This document shows, piece by piece, positions 32,701-44,400 of a stretch of 64,000 nucleotides of DNA. Position 1 is the first letter of the stretch, and each line of letters begins with the position of its first letter. A program made the position numbers and the translations under genes. Below the pieces are notes generated by a model. The model was not told where the DNA came from and did no database searches. It saw only the letters and a program-made list of their open reading frames with translations. This DNA comes from Lingula anatina (lineage: Eukaryota > Animalia > Brachiopoda), in NCBI GenBank assembly GCA_051362555.1, contig CM120643.1, positions 23,254,848 to 23,318,847 on the forward strand. Reading direction: 5' to 3'.

Positions 32701-34929
32701 CGTATATTTTTCATTGTCATCATAATTTCCTTTACCATTTAAACATTTTCCGATAAATTGTAGATTTTTTTTTAAATCTCACCTTAATGTATTTCTTGAG
32801 ATTAAAATGGTCGGCATATTTCTCCAAATAATCCAGTACTTCTTCGTGTTTAAGGAATGATCGCCCATCCTTTTCAAACGGAAAATCTGGAAAGGCCATG
32901 GCTTCTTTCGGCAAATTGGTTCTGTGAATAAACATATTAAGAGCGATATTAATATTGATAAAATTTAAAAGCCGAAAAGGCGATCTGTTAGAGGGCTAAA
33001 ATTGGTAAATGGGAAAATATACCAAAATTATGAAAACGCTGTTTTTTTAAAGATGTATTCATTTGCCTTTGTTTTAAAATCTATTCTAAAGATCTAATTC
33101 GGGTGGGAATATGGCAGCAGAAGAGGTGGGCTTACATCTCAAATAAAATTGTTCGTCCCCACCCTAACCTCATCTCAAACGCAATCTTGAAAAGTAGAAA
33201 ATATATCTGTTACGTTCAGTACGCATCATTAGTATTGTTTTGTAATGGGTAGGGAAGCTTAAAATGAGGAATGTTTTGACGCAAGTGTTGCTCAGCTTAA
33301 ACATTCATGTGTACCTGAGGTTTTTATACATGCTAGAATGAACCGGAAGTCCATACTGATCCGTCCCTACGTCATCGTTGTACACCCATGTTCCTCCAAT
33401 GACCGCAGACTGCTCAAAGCACATGACCTCGAACACTTCCGGTCGGCAACTTGTGTGGCGCAGGGCAGCAAGACCTGGGAATTATGTTGTAATACGTAAA
33501 GAGTTATAATATTAAATGATATAGTCAGCCTCTTGTGTGATTTGAGTGAAGCAAAAAATTTCTTTTGTCAGTTTAGTTTATTTTTTCTGTCCTTATCTAA
33601 ATGTTCGTAACTCCTACGGTGGTTTTTACATAAATGTTCATTGTATTAATTCAACAAGCAATGATTAAATATCGGTGAAATTGTTTGCAGATGGCGTTGA
33701 GTAGAATATAGAGAAGCTGGTGATTACACTGGTACATTGGAAGTAACAGGCGGCGCGTTGATCTTTTAATTTGATTGCATTCAGCGAGAGTCTCCATGGA
33801 GTTAGTGCACGCGCACTAGGTAGGGCGACCAAAGTCATTTTGTACGTCCCCCAAGCCAGAGCACAAGAAAGGTCAAGCTATGATTCTTGAGTAAGAGGAT
33901 TTTATTATGCGAGAATTCCCGAATTATTAAGATAATTTTCATTATGTCACGAAAGATAACCGGCTAGACGCGTTGTAAAAATACACACCCTTCACAAACC
34001 TGTACTAGTCTTGCCTGAAAAGTGTTATTTTAGTACAATGTAGGACCGCTGTTATATAATGAAGTTACATAAAGCATACACAAAATGCGGTATTTTAAGA
34101 TGGATAACGGGTCAGTGAAAATTAAAAAGGGAATGGAGAACGTGCGTTCCATGATTAAGACTAACTGAATTCATTGTTGCGTTGGTGTAATACAGGCATC
34201 TAACAGCTTCCATCATTAAGAAAATGGACTCATTTCGGAAAGTCAGCGTAAAAGTATGTCGTTTAATTACATTTCACTCACAAATATCTAGCCTGAAGAA
34301 CGGAATATTTATGAACGGAAAAATTCAAATTATAGTGCTCTCTTCCGAGGAGAATGATGAGTCGAAAAGTTGTGTATCTCTTCGCTCAAATATGAAAAAT
34401 CTTAATTCAACAAGTTCACAGTATATAATTGTGAATAACAGCATTCAGTTTAATCCTTCCACTAAGAAGAGTAGGAAGAAATGAAAAAAGTAGGGCACAT
34501 TTTAACCCGTATTTCTACCGTAGGGTACGAGACATTTTTACACCACCCTTTGAGCAATACGTTGTGAGGGCCACAGCAGTTCAAAACAGAAAATTAAGTC
34601 ACAGACAGAGAGGAAGTACTACTTGTTGCTGGACCCTCCTCTTACTGACATTATTAATTCAAAGTGGAAATTTACCTAGTTGATCAGTAAGGTAATCATA
34701 CCTGTACAGAAAGTCGCAACTGTGCACATAGAAGATTAGATAATGTCATTTCAATTGTTCCACCTATGCCCACTTTTTGAAAGATTAAAATAATGTTTAT
34801 TTTCTATTTCTAGTTTATTTCCTTTAATAAGCTTAACAAGCCCATGTATGTTATTATTAAAAACGCACCTGCGGCTCCAGCTCCAATGACAGCCACTCTT
34901 TTTCTTGGTTGACAAACAGAGAGATACAT
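29783..34929 (-). CDS. FMO: Flavin-containing monooxygenase (class B, short soluble invertebrate/GS-OX-like type), about 435 aa
   Basis: Six exons: 34929-34869, 33474-33315, 32921-32783, 32554-32412, 31061-30881, 30406-29783. Motifs: FAD GAGAAG, GGTW, SSMYKNLRTNLPKE, the FMO fingerprint FEGQVIHSHDY, NADPH GCGASG, and LCTGY. Confidence 0.93.
31917..32080. mobile_element. Palindromic MITE in an FMO intron
   Basis: AGTTGACCCGCGGACTAACAGA ... TCTGTTAGTCCGCGGATCAACT, with further internal inverted matches. Confidence 0.7.
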
Positions 34930-37900
34930 CGTCGATAATTTACCGTTGACCTAAACACTCTTATAACTTGGAGATGCACACCTTACAACTGGGAGACGTG
35001 TACTACTTTTGCATATGCATTTAATATATATCGATATGAACCGCTGGAGTTTGCGGCATGTGGGCATTGTCTATGTTTTAAACGATTGGCTAACCCCGAC
35101 CAGCTATTTGACCTAGCTGATGGAAAATTCCGATCACGGCTTTGCCTGCAATCACATTGTATAAGACCCAAATCGACTCGGAAATCCTAATAACACTGAC
35201 TTCAGTCCTATAACTGGTTTTGTAATCGTATGGTATGTATAGGTGGCACTTCTTTCTCCTCACATAATACTACATGCATACTGTATTATCAGGGGTTAGA
35301 AAGCTAAGACGATAAGAGATCGATATATTTCTATAATGGATTTGATTTTGTGATAACTTCGCCATATAGATGTATCCAGGTTCGATTCTTCTGTCTCTGA
35401 CAATCGGGGCACACAATACGTGTTTTGATTCCAGATGTATAAAACCGACAGTTCATATTCCAAATAAAAAGTTATATAACTACGGCGGCCTATACAATCC
35501 ATTTTATTCTGTAACTTTTTTCATGATAATTTGGGGAGGTTTAACCGCACTAAAGCGGTAAAAATTATTAACCCATCACATAAGAGTTCTAGCGTGATGT
35601 CAACAGAGAAGGTGACTTGTGGTTTACCTAGAGCGTAATGTCCTTTATTATCCGTCATTTTTCTACTCTGTGAGCAGCTGCGAAATCTCTTTATTTGTTT
35701 AATTATCAGATTGCATTGCTTGTTGACTTAAACTCAGACGGCGCAGTGATGTTTTTTTATGTAATCATGTAGGAGCGCACGCATGCAAATACAATTTTGC
35801 CGGTTTGACATGAATGGTAGTCCTGGGAATGGAAGTCTGGTGTAACGTGACAAAGAGTCCCCCATGATAGAGAGTTCGATTCCCATTCTAGATTTGTACT
35901 GGAAAGCCTTGCTCTAGATTTTGACCCACTTAGGGCAGGCTGACCCTAACCTTTATAACTACAGGTATATGTGTGTGTGTGTGTGGGAGGGGGGGGGGGA
36001 CTTTCTGTTACACGGACCCTCAGTTCCGTTACACCGGGGTCTATATCATTAATGCAGCTTAGGGTTAGTCGTAGTACAGGGGTTACTATATATCGCCCGA
36101 ATGTCACCTGTACAAAGATTATGGACTACGATTTCTTACGGACTACCATTCCTGTCATACCGGTATGCCTCCATGCAGGGTGCACCGTGCCCCACCCTCG
36201 CTCCCTACGGCTCCGTATTTGTAGACCGCGAAGGGACGTTCGGTTATTTATTTGAAAATGTGGTCCCCTTTGCCTTTTTAGTCAATCATCTTGAGAAATG
36301 ACAGTTAAAAAATCAAATTGTGTGGATTTCTTTAAAAAATCAAATCAAGTGGATTTCTTTTTCAGCCAAAAAGGTGGTTCTTTCTAACCCGCCGAACCCC
36401 ATCCTGCCTACAGTCTTGGGAGCCCTCCGTTAATACCCATATAGTAAGCTCATTGACATGAAACTCATAAAATACACCTATCAGCTTGTACTTCATCAAA
36501 AAAGAAAAAACATTAAATGGAAAGACATATGTTTTTGAAACATGCGGTTGGGCACAATTATCTGCACATCTCTGCAGTGGCAGTCCCAATCATCGAGTTG
36601 CTGTATGCGATGCATTTGTCGAGAAAACCTCATTGTGATAGTTGTGCCTGAATGTGCTATTGTATAAAAGGTGAAATGATGCGGCGTGACTGAGGGTCCG
36701 CGTGATAGTGAGTCCGCCCTTCGTAAGATTTGTACAGGTTAGAATTAGTGTGGTGAGAGTGCATAAAAATCTTGAACCGGACTTACAAGCACACACACAC
36801 ACACACACACACACAAAGAATGTGACAAGGCCTTTGTACACTACAAATTGAGCACGCTACCTCCGCAAGGTGTCGCCTGTGGTGACCGCACATTTCAGCA
36901 CTCGAGCTAACAGTGGAGGTATCGACAGAAACCCATTAATATTTTTCAGTAGCTGTTAATATTTTTATTTTTGTCAAATCTGATATTTACCGCATCGTTA
37001 TATAAACATTATGTTCAAGGCACGTGCGAAAAATATCTTTACCGACCATAATCGAAAATTAACTTAGATGGCTTTTTCACCTTATACGTGTACGTCATGG
37101 TGTTGAATATAGCTTGATTCAAACAATATTGCGTGGCAAAATACCTGGAAAACGAGAAAAAAGAAGACCTGGAAATATAACTAGTTGGACAAATATGACA
37201 CCTTTTAATGTAACAAGGGGCCTTTTGACTGTCAGTGGTCCTTTGAAACAATTCACCAAGTAAAATAAGCGCCGTGGTCATCTTGTATGCCAATGTAATG
37301 TTATGTAAACAAATGTGTTTTTTGAGTCACTCAGTAAGTTGAGACTGACTTGTGAATTTTACTTGTGACGGTGAAAATTAGAAAATTTACATTCAACGTC
37401 AATCATTGAGAGTGGGGGAGGGGGCATTCATAAAATCAAAGAAATAATGCCACAGTTCTAATTATTTATTAAAAGATTAAAAGTACTTAGCAGAAGTTCA
37501 GTTGAACAAACGATTGTTTGAAGTGCAGTGCGTGTCCTACGGGTGTCGCTGTATCTTTCATTTAGGGCGAAAATATACCGTTTTCAGGTTTGGGACTTTC
37601 TCTTGTACCGAGACAGCAATCAAATGATTAGATAAATACGTACAGCAATCAAGTCAATCTTGAAAAGTATGGCAACGATAGTGAACGTTGTCAAAATACA
37701 ATTATAATTCGCTTGACAGCTTAATCTTCTTATCAGTCCGATGATTTGATAGATGGTTTATCAGTTTTGGACATATTGTGGATACAAGACACCACAGAGA
37801 TGTGACACAATCCAATATATATAAAAGTCCATGCGCATGATTAACTACGACATTACCATTCTTCTTTAATGCTATGGTAACTAGCGTACATTTCGTAAAA

Positions 37901-38038
37901 GCCGACGTCCTTGGGTTTCAAATGCTGAACAATGATAGTATGGATCGTTTAGTATTATTATTATTATCATTTTATTAACTGAATGCTTGAGGCAGGGTCG
38001 ACGTCATCGTAAGTCAAATGGCTGCACAAATACAACAT

Positions 38039-38250
38039 TGCCCTGATATTAACCCCACTGGGCACCTGTGGCATGAATTGAGTATGCAATGCAGAGGAGA
38101 ACCAACCCCTTAATAATCAGGAACAACTTCGCCATGCTTTTCAGGAAGAATGGGACAATATCCAACCAAAAGGCCAATAGCCTTGCTGAAGGTATGCCGC
38201 GCCGTCTACATGAGATAATTGCAGTACGCGGTAGACACATGTACCATTAG
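38039..38250 (+). pseudogene. Tc1 transposase C-terminal fragment
   Basis: Frameshifted translation reads CPDINPTGHLWHEL...EQLRHAFQEEWDNI...MPRRLHEIIAVRGRHMYH*, which matches the Tc1 SPDLNPIEHLW...MPRR...RGG pattern. Confidence 0.75.
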
Positions 38251-38471
38251 ACACATGACCTACTGCTAATTGTGTGTACATTTGGTGACATATGGTGCTG
38301 TCTTTTCAATTTAACAGGGGAATAAAAGACAATAATTTATAAAAGAGTTCTTCATTCTTTGAATTTGACAATTGAAATTTTAAAGGCTGTTATAATTTGC
38401 ATTGAACGCGCCTAAGTTGAACTTCCCACTATGAATAACTTGTGTGTTTGAATGGCATCCCCAATTGGCGA

Positions 38472-41400
38472 CTACCGACCCACTGATCCGACCTTGGCTA
38501 ACTTTTTCTGTACACTGTTGATAAGGATGATGGATGCTGTCAGGAGTGCATTGACCAAGTATAGCGCAGCCATGGTTAAAAACGCTGGCTTGTATGATCC
38601 ACTGATATCATAAATAACACCTGAAAAGAAACAATTAAAATGCTTTAGCTCTTCACTTTAACAAATATCCTCAATTTTTACAATTTGGACAGTTTTAACA
38701 GGCAATGGTCTTCCTTCTGGGTGTTCGTGTGCGTGTGAGTTCTACATGACTTTTCTTTGAAAAAGATTGGCATATGCCTTTATGCGCATTGTCTTGTTTC
38801 CAGCGAGTAGAACAAAAGACTGCCATGGTGTATGTATGTGCGTTAAAGCAATTCGTTTTAACTAATAATTTTCCTTAGCAGTGTAACAACGGATAAAATC
38901 AGACTGAATTCATCCACGATTAGTTTACTAGTTTATTTATTTATTTATTAGCTATGCCAAATTTTATTTTGTTGCAAGTATATTGTTGACAAAAAGACTG
39001 TTAATGGTCATCTATGCGTCATTACAGCAACTTCATTTTCTGTGTTCATCAACCTCCAATTTGGAATCATTGTCTGAAAAAAAATTTTTTTTTCGTCCTT
39101 TGCGTAAAAAGCTCCCGGTTTTGAAGCGCCTCTAGACTCACCCTTTTGTCATATACTGGGGCATAAATGTCTTTCAACCAGAAAGATTTTCCTTTGTGTG
39201 GTAGCGTACTATTTGTTAAAGCTCGGTTGTGGTCATACCAGTGGTCATTCTTACAGAAAGATTTTGCTTTGTGTGGCAGCGTACTGTTTGTAAAAGCTCG
39301 GCTGTGGTCATACCAGTGGTCATTCTTACAGAAAGATCTTGCTTGGTTTGGCAGCGTGTTGGTGAGCAACCAGTGAAAACGCCATTGTGGTATAGTCAAT
39401 CAACCCATTCCGTGTCATCTGGAGTCACTTATTGGCTATCTGAACATTTGTGTTATTCTCATTTCCTGAGGAGGAATGCATCGAAGCATTCATACGTACT
39501 GAGTAGAAGAATAGTTGGATCGAATGTGAAATGCTGGAGACTGCACAGACACACAATGGCTTTAAATCATCTGAGAATGCTCCTCGAGGCGGAAATTAAA
39601 CAAGCAAACATATGTTATGTTCAGTTTGTGAATGGCAGATCGTGTAACTTAATCATTTTTATGAGTCGGAATGTCAGCCCATAAATCGTGATTTTCCCGC
39701 CAAAATGCATTCCCCTGGTGTAAAGGGCAATTTTTTGCACTCATGAATCGCTGCCTAACCCGTCCCCATACTTGGATTCAAGGCATTAATACATTTTTTA
39801 ATTAATCATTTAGTTCTACATGACTTATCTTTGAAAAAGATTGGCATATGCCTTTATGCGCATTGTCTTGTTTCCAGCGAGTAGAACAAAAGACTGCCAT
39901 GGTGTATTCGACATAAATGCGTTTCTCGCCTCGCCGCACCCTCCTTGTGTAGCTTCACTTTAAGCAGTACTTTACTCCAACCAAGGGCCCGAAACCTATC
40001 GAAACCCACCCCAAATTTGGCCAAAAAATAAAAATGAGGCGAGTTTTTTTCCTTCAAATTTTAATGCTATACATGAAGCGGTATCTTCTCAAACACGCAA
40101 CGTGCTAAACTTAAACCTCACGTTTCTGTCTTCAAATTGTTAATTGCAATCTCTTCCATGAGCAAGCAGCAGATGTGGGAGACATGAAGCGACAAATTAT
40201 AACATACTGTACCAGTTGATAATAATCTGAATAGTTGTAGATTTGTTGTATTTTTATTTCATCAATATATTTTCACAAAAATTTTTCACGCTTGTGTAAA
40301 ACACACGCACGGTTAATAATTCATACTTCTACCATAAATGTACCGGCAGAATATTAGATATTGACAATTGCACCAAAAACAATGAGATGTTCTGTAAGTT
40401 AAATCCCATGTATCTATTTAGATAAAAGTATGTAAAGGATGTAATTTGCAACAAAACAAAAAGCGAGACCTGCTTAGAGTGCTCTCTCTCTCTCATAAAT
40501 AAATCCTCTGAGAACCGTTTGCTTATTCGTTGAATTCCACGTGTCGTCAACGATACGGAAGCGGTGATTTTAAAATGTAGTCTATTCTTATCGATGGTAC
40601 TTCTAATGACGTTACATGTACCAGTGAAGAGACTCAACGTTGAACCATCAAGGTTGAATCAACCTTGAGGTCTCAATGTTGACTCAACGTTGACGGTCAA
40701 CGTTGAAACTATGTTGATATGACGTTGACTATGAAAGTTGACTCAACGTTGAACCATCAAGGTTGAATCAACCTTGAGGTATCAATGTTGAATCAACGTT
40801 GACAGTCAACGTTGAAACTATGTTGATATGATGTTGACTATGAAAGTTGACTCAACGTTGAACCATCAAGGTTGAATCAACCTTGAGGTTTCAATGTTGA
40901 ATCAATGTTGACGGTCAACGTTGAAACTATGTTGATATGACGTTGACTATGAAAGTTGACTCAACGTTGAACCATCAAGGTTGAATCAACCTTAATGTCT
41001 CAATGTTGAATCAACGTTGACGGTCAACATTGAAACTATGTTGATATGACGTTGACTATGAAAGTTGAATCAACGTTTAACCATCAAGGTTGAATCAACC
41101 TTGAGGTATCAATGTTGAATCAACGTTGACAGTAAACATTGAAACTATGTTGATATAACGTTGACTATGAAAGTTGACTCAACGTTGAACCATCAAGGTT
41201 GAATCAACCTTGAACCATCAAGGTTGAAACAACCTTGAGGTATCAATGTTGAATCAACATTGATACCTCAATGTTGAATCAATGTTGAAATAAAGTTGAA
41301 TTTGAAAATTGATTTAACGTTGATATATCAATTAGGCTATCAGGATATTTGATTGAAATTTGCCTGATGGCTGAAGGTGTTCTCCAAGATATCAAGCAAT

Positions 41401-44400
41401 AAAAAGACTCAGATCTGAAAAGGGGGGGAAATTAGGAAAATTACCTACAAAAAAAGGTAATTTCTGAAGAAAAGGGGGGGGGGTCCAGACCCCGGGGCCG
41501 GCCCCTGTATCCACCTTTGGGTCGTCAGATTCTTTTTAAACTTTCCAGTTTGATGCTCAGTGTTACGGACCAAAACAGCCCGAACATAAAAAAACACAAA
41601 CAACAACTAACTTAACTATGAATATAATATATTACAAACAATGAACATACACTACATAAACTAACTACATGTAATACTATCATGTTGCACAAACTTTAAC
41701 ATTTGTGAAATACAGTTAAATTCTAACAGATTCGTAGACAGTTAAGTTTTGAAGACGCAATGTCACAGTTTTACGAGTCCTTTTCTGTTAAATGTTCCTC
41801 CTGATAGTGTGGGGTTTTGAAGACGCAATGTCACCGTTTTCCATGTCCTTATCTGTTGAACGATCCTCCTGATAGTGTGGAGTTTTGAAGACGCAATGTC
41901 ACCGTTTTCCATGTCCTTATCTGTTGAACGATCCTCCTGATAGTGTGGCCTCACAAAGTACTGTTAATAAAGTACAGTTTTTGTACTGTAAACGTGTTAC
42001 ACACTGTCTACACTCACGTGTTGCATCAGTTCATGTTATCCGGAGTCTCGCACTTCATAACAGTCCCGCACTTCATTTACATTATACAAGTATGCAGGCA
42101 CATACGGTAATTCCTCATAAAAATTAAACAACAAATTAGCTTTACTAAAATAATTATAACGTCACATCAGGTAGTTAAGATAATTTTAAGAATACAAAAA
42201 CAAAGGATCACCAGTCTAATTTTTTTCTCACAGCTAACTTAAATTTCCAGAAAAACAGGCATTTTTTGCTTTTTCAAGCTTTTTTCTTCAACCTTGAGTA
42301 AAATTTTGTCAATTTGCCATAAAGTAAGGCTGGTGACCCTATGTTTTTTTCTTTTTCTTAAAGATAACCTGTGGAAAGTTAAAAAAAAACTGACGACCGC
42401 TTTTTTCACAAAATTAATTTTAATGTTTAAGGGGTAAAACAAGCGTTTTATGAGGGGTAATTACCCCTATGCATACCTCTCTAGTGAGATAATCATTTAA
42501 AACTATTATCAAGGTTATGATTAAGGTTATAAAGTTAAGGTTGGCCCAATGTTGAGATCCAGTTGATATGTCAACATTGACAAAGGGTTTACAAACACAG
42601 GTTGATTCAATGTTGAAATCCTGTTGATCTATCAACATTGAAAACTGATTGACAAAGAAAGGTAAAATCAATGTTGAGACCCTGTTGATCTATCAACATT
42701 GACAATTGGTTGACAAGAAAAGGTTGATTCAATGTTGAGATCTTGTTGATCTATCAATATTGATGGATCAACATCATCTCAACCTATCCTCAATGTTGAA
42801 TCAATGTTGAGTGCCCGCTGGGAAGATTTTTTTCATTGAAATGCCAAGCAATACACGGTTGAATGAGGGTTTTGTGTGCAAATTATGTGCTTCAATAAAG
42901 AAGGAGCGTCTAAAAAAAATCAACGGATGGCCTTGTGGTTAGAGTGTCCGCCTCCGGAGCGGGAGGACGTGGGTTCGACCCTGTCCGGGGTCATAGCAGT
43001 CCTTCATAAACGGTATCTGCTGCCTCTCCGCTTGGCTCTCAGAACTGAGGGGTTGAAGCACGGGTCAGGGCTGGCAGTGACCAAAATGACCAGGCTTCCT
43101 TTGAATTGTGATTTGATATAATATAATACACTGTATATGTATAACTTCAACTCTTGGGGTTGTCATATCTCAATAAAGAATATTATTTTTAAAGATGCAC
43201 TTACAGTCAAATCTTTGCAACAAAAGCCGGCCAAATTCCACCATATAGTTTCAGATTACGTTACTTACAGAATGTTACCCGAAAAATGATATTTGAACGA
43301 ATACTTTCTGCTTAAATCCTGTGCTATGGTGTTTATACTGGTATAACCTAGGCAGATACGACAGTGCAAAGGCATTACGTTTTGCCTGTCACATCACTTA
43401 TGCATTGCTTTCTATGGCGACATTCCGAATGCGTATATTTCCACCGCTATCGATTAAAACTAATTTAACCCACTTCTCTCAGATTCATGCACATTTTTTA
43501 GGCTTGCGTGAAACACCGCAATCAGACTTTTAAGGCCATATCCTCATGAAACCGTAGCTCGAATAACGTGTTGTTAAACGTGTACTACGACTCACGATAG
43601 GCCGACATCTCTATTTGGTAACAGGACGTTACACTCATGTATGTTAGAAATATTGGCAGATGCACATTTTAACTATTTCTCTTCATTTTAAGTAATGAAA
43701 AACACTCTAAAGTAAGAATGATACCATTTTGGCGAAATAGGCCTACCTGAAAAAAACGGACCGACTGCACACCCAAGTCCTATGCCAGACCGCAATATAA
43801 CAAACAGAGTTTGTACATCCTGTCCACTGAGAACTTCAGCACAAGCGGCATACCAAGCTGCAATGATGGGCCCTTGACCAAGTCCCAAAACTGGTAAAGA
43901 ATAAGATAACAGTTGTCCCTGTTATAGTTTATTAAAAGTGAAAAGAAACCTGGAATGTGCGAAAAAATCTAAACAAAAAAGTGAACGCTTTCCATATTTC
44001 TTCCAAGTTGACGGTTTAAGTTTCCTTTTATATTTTGGATTAAATTTATGTTTTCCTAGTGCCAATAAGTTTATCGACTACGAGAGAAAGTAATAATGTG
44101 ACCCTTACCAGTACTGTATATGAACATCCACGTCAATGTCGTAAAAAATGGAGCAAGAACATTGTTAACCATAAGTAAACTTGCACAGATCACGTAGATG
44201 TAAAGAATGTAGCCTTTCACACGGTCCCCCAGTGCAGACACGAGCAGACGACTCAAAAATCCCGCCACGCCGTCCGCAGTCAAACAGTGAACGCCATCTT
44301 TCGACGTGTATCCTAAAATTTCCACTTGCCTTACCTGGAACAATTGGAATATTTATGAGACTGAATAACTCCACGATGAAATAAACTTGAAAATTGGATA

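Noticed and set aside
35830-35890. tRNA-like sequence (tggtgtaac...gttcgattccc)
   Set aside because: No convincing cloverleaf could be folded by eye. At most it is a decayed relic.
36670-36720. C/D-box snoRNA inside the conserved 36.4/52.3-kb block
   Set aside because: The C box is imperfect (ATGATGC), and there is no terminal stem or terminal D box. Paralogy explains the conservation.
39067-39684. Repeat-containing ORFs on both strands
   Set aside because: They are open because the 75-bp unit is a multiple of three and stop-poor. There is no domain or splice support, and they lie inside an intron.
40631-41300. CRISPR-like array of palindromic repeats (also 48235-49045)
   Set aside because: The units are contiguous 109-bp tandem copies with no unique spacers. 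They lie inside a TIR element in an animal intron, and there are no cas genes.
41763-42671. Duplicated short ORFs (also 49533-50441) as transposon genes
   Set aside because: They arise from 68-bp and subterminal repeats, have no transposase motifs, and are duplicated only because the element is.
42925-43000. Functional tRNA gene
   Set aside because: A and B boxes are present, but there is no proper acceptor stem or Pol III terminator, and it runs into a SINE core.
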